Shown here in pieces: positions 56,963-64,000 of a DNA stretch of 64,000 nucleotides; positions within the stretch are counted from its first letter, which is position 1; each line of letters begins with the position of its first letter. The notes beneath the pieces were generated by a model that saw nothing but the letters and a program-made list of their open reading frames with translations, was not told the origin of the DNA and did not search any database. Source of the DNA: an uncultured delta proteobacterium (GTDB taxonomy: Bacteria; Desulfobacterota; RBG-13-43-22). The stretch covers positions 96,001 to 160,000 of the forward strand of contig CAVUPH010000006.1 of the NCBI GenBank assembly GCA_963743305.1, read 5' to 3'. The position numbers and the translations under genes were made by a program.

Positions 56963-57601
56963 ATGAAAGTCAAAAATAGAATGACCACCGATGTCACCAC
57001 CCTGACCCCGGATACGACCATGCTTCGAGCCATGACCATCATTCAGCAGAAGGGAATCCGCCATTTGCCGGTTATCCAGGGAAAACAGGTCGTAGGTATG
57101 GTTACCGAACGGGATATCCGGCGGATGAGCGCCTCGGATTCCTCTACGCTGTCGATCTATGAGCTGAACTACCTGCTGGATAAGATTAAGGTCTCCCAGT
57201 TTATGACCAAGAAAGTTTTTACCGTGGATCCCGATGAACCCATCGAAGTGGCGGCCAAGCAGATTTATGACCACAAGATCGGTTCCCTGCCGGTGGTAAA
57301 AAACGGCGAACTGGTGGGGTTGATCACCAGTTCGGATATTTTGGAAACATTCATCGAGGTCCTGGGCATCAATGAGCCCAGTGTCCGCATCGAATTAGAA
57401 CTGGAGAACCGCACCGGTTCCTTGGCCGACGCGGCCAAGATCATCAAGGACTTGGGGCTCTATCTGGTCAGCGCGGTCACCCTGCCCAAAACCGAAGGTC
57501 TAACTCGAGCCACGGTTTTCCGCGTTCAGCCCACGGATTTGAAAAAACTAAAGGAGCAACTCAGCGCCGCCGGTCCTCCCATCGTGTCCGTCCACGACTA
57601 A
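56963..57601 (+). CDS. CBS-pair plus ACT-domain protein (AcuB-like)
   Basis: IRHLPV..VGMVTERDI, IGSLPVV..VGLIT; ACT-like NRTGSLAD. Confidence 0.9.
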   Translation: MKVKNRMTTDVTTLTPDTTMLRAMTIIQQKGIRHLPVIQGKQVVGMVTERDIRRMSASDSSTLSIYELNYLLDKIKVSQFMTKKVFTVDPDEPIEVAAKQIYDHKIGSLPVVKNGELVGLITSSDILETFIEVLGINEPSVRIELELENRTGSLADAAKIIKDLGLYLVSAVTLPKTEGLTRATVFRVQPTDLKKLKEQLSAAGPPIVSVHD

Positions 57602-57616
57602 GCCGTTTTCTTTATC

Positions 57617-57813
57617 GGCGCTTCGCCCTTTTGGGTGGGTACCCTCCCAAAAGGGCGAAGCGCCAAATGATCTAAAAGCAGGCCCAAGCCTAGAGACCTT
57701 TAACGCCTTTCCACCCGGCCCTGCTTCCAAGACGATTTGAAGCCTCCGGGGCCGGGTTAGAACTGAAGAAAGAAGTGTGGAAAACCCTTTCCCCGAGACC
57801 CAGACGGCCACGG
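57617..57813 (-). repeat. Nested inverted-repeat element, copy C (reversed, partial)
   Basis: Hairpin GGCGCTTCGCCCTTTTGGG..CCCAAAAGGGCGAAGCGCC plus the reverse complement of the core and one inner arm. Confidence 0.88.
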
Positions 57814-57830
57814 GAGCTTGGATCCGGGTT

Positions 57831-58904
57831 TTAATCGTCCGCGCCGAGACAGAGATCATCCGTATTCAAGTAAACCACGCCGTATTCCCTGTTTTTGCCT
57901 CCCAGCAGGATCAGCGTCTTATCTTCCACGCTTTCAATTTTTCGCATTTCCGGATGATCGAAGACCTTGACCCGGTCCCATTTAATCCCATCGACCGTCC
58001 GATATAGGGCGGAAGTCCCCTGACGGCTTTCCCAACCGGAGTCGGCCAGTGCGAATAAATATCGACCGCAGGCGGCCAGACTCGTCACCCCGTTCATATG
58101 AATATCGGCCAGTACTTCCACCCGCTTCAACCCATCATAACGGTAGATTCCGGCCGTGTTAGGGGCCTGTCGATTGTTGCTCCACCCGCCGGTCCCCAGA
58201 TAAAGAGTTCCATTCCAGGAAAAGGCGCATTGATATTCAGCCCCCCCTTCCAAGGAAGGAACAGGGTCATAACGACGTCCATCCCCGGTCCTGAACGCCG
58301 TGGCCTTCCCCTGGGAATAAGGGGTCCCCTGGTGCCCTAATAGATAAAGCGATCCCTGGAAAACGACGGGAACCCAAGCCCAGTCGCCCAGGGCGACGAC
58401 TTCCTCGAACCTTTTCCCATCCGCAGACCGCAACACCTTTATCCCTTTTTTGAAACTACCGGTCAGGTAGAGTTGATTTTGAAAAACCTGCGCGAAAAAA
58501 ATCCCCTCCGAGGGCGGAATGGGCACCGGATCCCAGTTACCGGTCTCCCGATTCCAGCGGCGAATTTCTGAGGGACTTTTTTCAACCAAGGCATAAAGGG
58601 CATTTCGGAAAACGATAAAATCCAGTACGGCTTCCGCCGGATCATCCGGATGGGGAAGGATGCTCCCTTTCATCCCTGAACCCAACTGATCGAATTTTGC
58701 GGAATAAACCGCGCCCGGGCTGTGGGTCCCGGCGAAAATCAACCCTTCAAAAAATTTTCCGGATACAAACCGCGAAGCCTGTTTGTCCTTAAAGAAAAAG
58801 GCCTTCCATCCTTTTTCCCCGGAAAGGGCGGGAGGCACTATCGACAAAAGATAAGGGAGAAAAAGGGCTAAGAAAAAAATTAAACGGAAAAGGAGTCGGA
58901 ACAT
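57831..58904 (-). CDS. Secreted hypothetical protein, probably a beta-propeller
   Basis: Signal peptide; repeated VF.g.LY...RS/T.DG..W/F units. Confidence 0.75.
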   Translation of the reverse strand: MFRLLFRLIFFLALFLPYLLSIVPPALSGEKGWKAFFFKDKQASRFVSGKFFEGLIFAGTHSPGAVYSAKFDQLGSGMKGSILPHPDDPAEAVLDFIVFRNALYALVEKSPSEIRRWNRETGNWDPVPIPPSEGIFFAQVFQNQLYLTGSFKKGIKVLRSADGKRFEEVVALGDWAWVPVVFQGSLYLLGHQGTPYSQGKATAFRTGDGRRYDPVPSLEGGAEYQCAFSWNGTLYLGTGGWSNNRQAPNTAGIYRYDGLKRVEVLADIHMNGVTSLAACGRYLFALADSGWESRQGTSALYRTVDGIKWDRVKVFDHPEMRKIESVEDKTLILLGGKNREYGVVYLNTDDLCLGADD

Positions 58905-58930
58905 GGAATGATATAGTTAACTATTTTATA

Positions 58931-61360
58931 TTATGTTGGCAAACACCCAGGGTCTCCCTGATCCAGGATCTCCCGAATTTTTACGGAAACCTCTTTCAGA
59001 TCGAAAGGTTTCTGGATAAATCCCTGGCATCCCTGGCCCAGGATCTCTCTGGCTAGGCCGTTGATGCTGTAGCCGCTGGAAAGAAGCACTTTAACCTCAG
59101 GATTCAGCTTTTTCAGGATTTGGAAAGTTTCCCCGCCGCCCATGCCCGGCATGACCAGGTCCAGGATCACCAGATCGATTTCCCCCGCTTTTTGGGAGTA
59201 GAGATCCAGGGCCTCTCGGCCGTTATGGGCCACGAATACCGTATACCCCAATTTTTCCAATAATTGGGCTGCCACTTGGAGGATGATCTCCTCGTCGTCC
59301 ACCAGCAGGATCCCTTCCTGGCCCGTCATGAGGGTGGCCTGCTCTTTCTTTTCTTCTTCGACCGACTTGGCGGAGGCGGGAATATAGAAATTAAAGGTGG
59401 TCCCCCGGTCCGGCTCGCTGTAGACCGTGATGAATCCCTCGTGTCCCTTAATGATCCCGTAAACGGTCGCCAGTCCCAGGCCGGTCCCCCGCCCTCGCTC
59501 CTTGGTGGTAAAAAAAGGCTCGAAGATCCTTTGTTTGGTTTCCTCATCCATCCCGATCCCGGTGTCGGTCACCGAGGTCTTCACATAATTTCCCAATTTG
59601 ACCTCAAAAGGCTGGACATAATGCTCATCTAAGAAAACGTTTTGGGTTTCCAAGTAGAGATCCCCTCCCTGGGGCATGGCTTGCCAGGCATTGACCAGCA
59701 GATTAAGGAGGACCTGTTCCATCTGCCCCCGATCGACTTCCACCGTCCACACCCCCCGGGCAAATTTTTTGTGAATCCTCAGGCCCTTTTGGGTCCGCCC
59801 AAACAGGGCGGAAGCCTTGTCGATCAAGTCGTTGAGATCGGTGGCTTTGACCTGGTATTTCCCCCTTCGGGCAAACCCCAGCAATTGTTTGGTCAGGTCC
59901 GCCCCGCTGCGCACGCAGCCTTCGATATGCTGCAAGCGCTCCCGGTCCGGGTGAGGGGAAGGCAGGTCCATGAGCATCAGGGAAACATTCCCTTGGATAG
60001 CCATCAGCAGGTTGTTAAAGTCATGGGCGATCCCCCCGGCCAGGGTCCCCACCGCCTCCATCTTCTGGGCCTGAATAAGCTGAATCTCCAGTTTCTTTCG
60101 ATCGGTGATGTCTTCGTAAATGACTAATTGGTCCCCGGTTTCCATGGACACCGGGCTGAAATGAATGACCTTTTCCTCCCCGTCTTTACAGATCACCTTA
60201 AAAGTCCTCGGACGGGACTCGCCGCTGGGAAAATCCCGCAGGTCTTGCAACCACTGGGCTACGACTTCGTGCCGATAAGCCACATCCGGATAGGCTTTCC
60301 GGAACCATTCCCGTCCGTCCGGGATATCTTCCAGCGTATAACCGAAAATGGCAGTAAATTTGGGGTTGAGGTATTTGCAGCGGCCCTCCGGCCCCATCAA
60401 GGAGACGCCCAAAGGAGAGGCATCGATCAGGATCTGAAATCTTTCTTTCTCCCTTTTTAAATTCTCCTCCACTCTTTTCAGTTCGGTGATGTCCAACCCA
60501 TATACATTGACATACCCTTCCTCGGATACCGCGGCCACGGTAAAAGAGAAAGTACGGTCATGTATCCGGTCTTCCCATTGCCGGGACGTTCCCGAAGACA
60601 AGACCTCTTTGATGACCTTATCCAGCTCCGTTGGGACTTGGCTGCCGGTTTCCTTTTTCCAGTGTCGCAACAGGGCTTCACTGGCCAGATTGTAATATAA
60701 TAGGGTCCCGTCCATCTGGATCCGTAATACGGGATTGGGGTTCTCACCGGGGAACTTGGCCAATTTTCTGATCTCATCCTGGGCTCGTTTCTTTTCAGTG
60801 ATATCTTCAAAGATCGAATAAACCTGAAAAGGCTGATCTTCTCCCGGCCGGAACTGAGGTACGGCATGGATATTGATCCAGGCATAATCTTTGCTTGCGG
60901 GATGATAGACCCCCATGATTACATTTTTCACTTCCTGGCCCGTCTCCAGGGCCTTTATGGCCGGGTGGGTTTCCCCGGGAAAATCGGATCCGTCCTCATG
61001 AAGGGCCCGCCAGAGGGGATCCACGGAGGTGCGTCCCAGCAGTTGATCGTGGGTCAGTCCCAGGATCCGTTCGGCCGCCGGGTTGGCGCGGAGGATTTCC
61101 CCGTGGCGGTCCTGATAAACCACCCCCAAAGGCAGAGTTTCAAATAAAACTTGAAAGCGCTCCTCACTGGCACGGAGCGCTTCTTCGCTTTTTTTTTGCT
61201 GCGCCATACGGGCCTCCAGTTGAGCGATCCGCCGGCGCAATTCCTCGGCTTCCTCTTTCATTTCGCTGCTCGTCTGCTCCTGATCTTCCCTGTTTTCCTT
61301 AGTCCAATGATTCACCAATAGCTCGAGGACTTCAGGCAATTTGCCCCGTTCCAAGGTCAC
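58931..61360 (-). CDS. Hybrid PAS sensor histidine kinase-response regulator
   Basis: Three PAS-like segments; [34 protein letters not shown]; receiver VDDE..DLVMP..KPF. Confidence 0.95.
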   Translation of the reverse strand: MTLERGKLPEVLELLVNHWTKENREDQEQTSSEMKEEAEELRRRIAQLEARMAQQKKSEEALRASEERFQVLFETLPLGVVYQDRHGEILRANPAAERILGLTHDQLLGRTSVDPLWRALHEDGSDFPGETHPAIKALETGQEVKNVIMGVYHPASKDYAWINIHAVPQFRPGEDQPFQVYSIFEDITEKKRAQDEIRKLAKFPGENPNPVLRIQMDGTLLYYNLASEALLRHWKKETGSQVPTELDKVIKEVLSSGTSRQWEDRIHDRTFSFTVAAVSEEGYVNVYGLDITELKRVEENLKREKERFQILIDASPLGVSLMGPEGRCKYLNPKFTAIFGYTLEDIPDGREWFRKAYPDVAYRHEVVAQWLQDLRDFPSGESRPRTFKVICKDGEEKVIHFSPVSMETGDQLVIYEDITDRKKLEIQLIQAQKMEAVGTLAGGIAHDFNNLLMAIQGNVSLMLMDLPSPHPDRERLQHIEGCVRSGADLTKQLLGFARRGKYQVKATDLNDLIDKASALFGRTQKGLRIHKKFARGVWTVEVDRGQMEQVLLNLLVNAWQAMPQGGDLYLETQNVFLDEHYVQPFEVKLGNYVKTSVTDTGIGMDEETKQRIFEPFFTTKERGRGTGLGLATVYGIIKGHEGFITVYSEPDRGTTFNFYIPASAKSVEEEKKEQATLMTGQEGILLVDDEEIILQVAAQLLEKLGYTVFVAHNGREALDLYSQKAGEIDLVILDLVMPGMGGGETFQILKKLNPEVKVLLSSGYSINGLAREILGQGCQGFIQKPFDLKEVSVKIREILDQGDPGCLPT

Positions 61361-61446
61361 CCCATCTAAAAATCACTATTTCAAATTGAACTTCAATGAA
61401 TCTTATTGTATTTTATGGAAAGAGTCAAATACGGAGGAGGACCCTA

Positions 61447-62476
61447 ATGGAAACGACCGAATGGAATCCGGGAAAGCTATTGGAAGTCTCGGGAAGCTAT
61501 TGGAAGGCCTGCACCCTGCACGCCGGCGTCAAGCTCGAAATTTTTTCCCTGATCGGGGACCGGTCCCGCACGGCCCGGGATATCGCCGATGACCTGAAAG
61601 GCGATCTCAGGGGAGTGACCATGCTGCTGAACGCCCTCTCCGCCCTGGGACTGTTGTCCAAAAAGGAAAACGCCTATGCCAACAGGGACATCAGTAAAAC
61701 CTTTCTGAAGAAGGATTCGCCGCAGTATCTCGGCTATATGGTCATGCACCATCACCACCTGGTGGAGTCCTGGAGCAAACTGGACCAAGGGGTCATCACC
61801 GGCAAGGCGACCCGGTCCCGGTCCGGCTTCGAAGAAGCGGTGGTGCGGGAAAGTTTTCTCATGGGCATGTTCAATATGGCCATGAACCTGGCCCCCCGGA
61901 TCGTTCCGCAGATAGACCTCTCCGGCCGCAAACACCTGCTGGATCTGGGGGGAGGTCCGGGTACCTACGCCATCCATTTCTGCCTGAAGAACCCCGGGTT
62001 GAAGGCCACGGTCTATGACCTGCCCACCACCCGGTCCTTTGCCGAAAAAACCATCGCTCGTTTCGGGTTGTCCGATCGCATTGAATTCCAGGAAGGCGAT
62101 TACCTGGAGGGATCGATTCAGGGGACCTTTGATGTGGTCTGGCTGTCCCATATTCTCCATGGGGAAGGACCGGAGGATTGTCAGCGAATGATCCGGAAAG
62201 CCGTTTCCAGCTTAGCGCCCGGCGGATTGATTTTGATCCACGAATTTATCTTGAACGACGAAATGGACGGCCCGGTCTTCCCGGCCCTTTTTTCCCTGAA
62301 TATGCTCTTGGGAACGGAAAACGGCCAGTCCTATTCCGATCGTCAGACTCCGGGAGATGCTGGTCCAGGCCGGGGTCCGGGAACTCCGGCGAATCCCCGT
62401 TCAGACGCCGAATGATTCCGGAATCATTCAGGGAAGGATCGAGGGTACCGAGACGGACCGAAGAAACCATGATTAA
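61447..62476 (+). CDS. SAM-dependent O-methyltransferase with a +1 frameshift near 62347
   Basis: Dimerisation domain and LLDLGGGPG; removing one base gives ..DRQ-I/L-REMLVQAGVRELRRIPVQTPNDSGIIQG..*. Confidence 0.88.
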
Positions 62477-62688
62477 GAAAACCTTCGCCGGCTCCACCCA
62501 ACCGTTCTGTCCCGTCTTTCGTAGGGTCGGCGACCCCGCCGAACACCTCGGACTTGGGGTTCACCACCTTTTTGGGCTAATCGTTCTATTCCCACTGCAA
62601 GCACCCATTCTCCTTACCATCCAGGCCGGCGGGGTCGCCGGCCCTACTTTTCCTTGTTGAACCCGACCGGATATGATAATGGAAAAGC

Positions 62689-63663
62689 ATGCTCAGGATA
62701 TTGTCCCTTCCTCTACTTATTATACTGGTATTTTCTGTTTTCCCGGCCCCTCTATCGTCCGCCGCCCTCGAAGGCCCTTTCAGGGTTAAAAATCAATTCC
62801 CTCTTTTCCTCCATCTGAATTCACCCATCCTGGAAAAGGCCGCTCAGGAGGATTCGCTCGTCTTGAGCCTGCATTATTCCAGCGCCTTTATGAAAAGAGG
62901 GTCCTCCGACTGGCTGGTTGACCTCGATTTGGAGTCGGCGGAATTTGATTTCGTCTTTAAAAGAAATCTACCCGGGTGGATCGAACTGGGACTGGAGATC
63001 CCTTTACTGGCCTTCAGCTCCGGGGTCCTGGATCAGCCGCTGGAGAGCTATCACAGCGCCTTTGGCTTCCCCGACTACGGCCGCAGCCGGTACCCGAAAA
63101 ACGAGTTTCACTACCGGCTGTTTCGAAAAGGAAAACTCCTGGTCGAGGGGGAAAGCGGCAAGGTCGGGCTGGGTGACCTGCGACTGACCGGAAAAAAGGA
63201 GTTTTCTTTCGGAGAAACGCTCTGGGCCGTCAAGGCGGATCTGGAATTGCCGACCGGGGACCCCAATACCGGTTTCGGGAACGGCAGCCTGGATTGGGGG
63301 CTGGCGCTCCTGGGGGAACGAAAACTGGGCCAAACGTTCAAGCTGACCGGCGCCTTGGGTCTGGTGCTGCCCGGGGACTTAAGGGCCAGGGAAACCATAG
63401 GCCTGCAACCCTATTATTATCTCGGCGCGGTCGTGGAGTGGGCCTGGTGGAAAAATTTTGAAGTCCTGGGCCAGTGTCTGGCCCAGACCTCCCCCTTCCC
63501 GGAAACCGGGATATCCGCTATCGATCAGACCGGCGTTATCCTGACCTTGGGAGGCCGGTACATCTTCGGCCTGAATTCTCTGGAATTGTCCTTTACTGAA
63601 GACCTGAACACTACCGGGGCCCCGGATTTCACGTTTCAGCTTGGCCTTAAACATAAGTTCTAA
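62689..63663 (+). CDS. DUF3187-like outer-membrane protein
   Basis: Signal peptide; GPFRVKNQFP; GLGDL; LELPTGD..G.G; terminal Phe. Confidence 0.8.
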   Translation: MLRILSLPLLIILVFSVFPAPLSSAALEGPFRVKNQFPLFLHLNSPILEKAAQEDSLVLSLHYSSAFMKRGSSDWLVDLDLESAEFDFVFKRNLPGWIELGLEIPLLAFSSGVLDQPLESYHSAFGFPDYGRSRYPKNEFHYRLFRKGKLLVEGESGKVGLGDLRLTGKKEFSFGETLWAVKADLELPTGDPNTGFGNGSLDWGLALLGERKLGQTFKLTGALGLVLPGDLRARETIGLQPYYYLGAVVEWAWWKNFEVLGQCLAQTSPFPETGISAIDQTGVILTLGGRYIFGLNSLELSFTEDLNTTGAPDFTFQLGLKHKF

Positions 63664-63760
63664 TAGCTATTATCTGGTTGGTTGGATTACGAAAAATTCT
63701 GTCTTAACATCCCCTGCCCGACGGGGCGCCCGCAAAGCATAAAAAGGACAGTTACCCTGG

Positions 63761-63866
63761 TCATTGCGAGGAGTGGAGCGACGAAGCAATCCCCCGGGTG
63801 GCTTATAGCATTTTCCAAGCTCGACTTGGAGATTGCTTCCCCCGGATCAGTCCGGGGTCGCCATGA
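63761..63866. repeat. REP pair GTCATTGCGAGGAG..GAAGCAATC / GAGATTGCTTC
   Basis: Same family as 52543-52628. Confidence 0.8.
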
Positions 63867-63903
63867 GAGAGGTTTTCAATTTTATTTTCGGGTTAAAAGG
63901 AGG

Positions 63904-64000
63904 ATGAAAATGAAATGGATTGATGCGGTCACGGACGATTCGGTCCGAATTCTGAAACTTAACCATGGCGTCACCAACGCCCTCAATGGGGAACTCTTAA
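63904..64000 (+). CDS. Probable enoyl-CoA hydratase/isomerase, 5' end only
   Basis: AGGAGG RBS; VRILKLNHGVTNALNGEL matches the crotonase N-terminal pattern. Confidence 0.65.
   Translation, partial: MKMKWIDAVTDDSVRILKLNHGVTNALNGELL

Noticed and set aside
1-64000. CRISPR array, tRNA or rRNA genes
   Set aside because: No regularly spaced direct repeats with unique spacers, no cloverleaf and no rRNA-like sequence were seen by eye

Overview
A GC-rich anaerobe chromosome segment, most consistent with Desulfobacterota (Deltaproteobacteria) given qrcABCD, multiheme cytochromes, sigma54 promoters and a large SRP RNA. In order: (1) 1-7.6 kb: a glycyl-radical enzyme and its activase, a DsrE-family gene, a sigma54-driven secreted octaheme cytochrome split by a 1-nt insertion, and a TPP enzyme. 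(2) 7.6-17.8 kb: an accessory island with intact DUF3553, AAA14/DUF4143 and DUF2075 genes, many spliced toxin-antitoxin, NERD, IS110 and ARPP-1-like fragments, a RAYT transposase and a radC-like RNA leader. (3) 17.8-43 kb: rmlABD, a PilB-like ATPase, recN, csp, pilD-fimT-pilW-pilX, tsaC-like, hisC-cmk-rpsA, ihfB, SRP RNA and pilMNOPQ plus two unknown secreted genes. (4) 43-64 kb: an in-frame-UGA DUF1573-like gene, qrcABCD, housekeeping enzymes (uxs, aminotransferase, mnmA, mtaB) and a hybrid sensor kinase. Many intergenic gaps hold palindromic repeats from at least six families. The two most striking are a nested double inverted-repeat element (3 copies) and a 58-bp covarying hairpin that abuts ribosome-binding sites. 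No CRISPR array, tRNA or rRNA was seen. All family calls come from motif recognition by eye; no database search was run.
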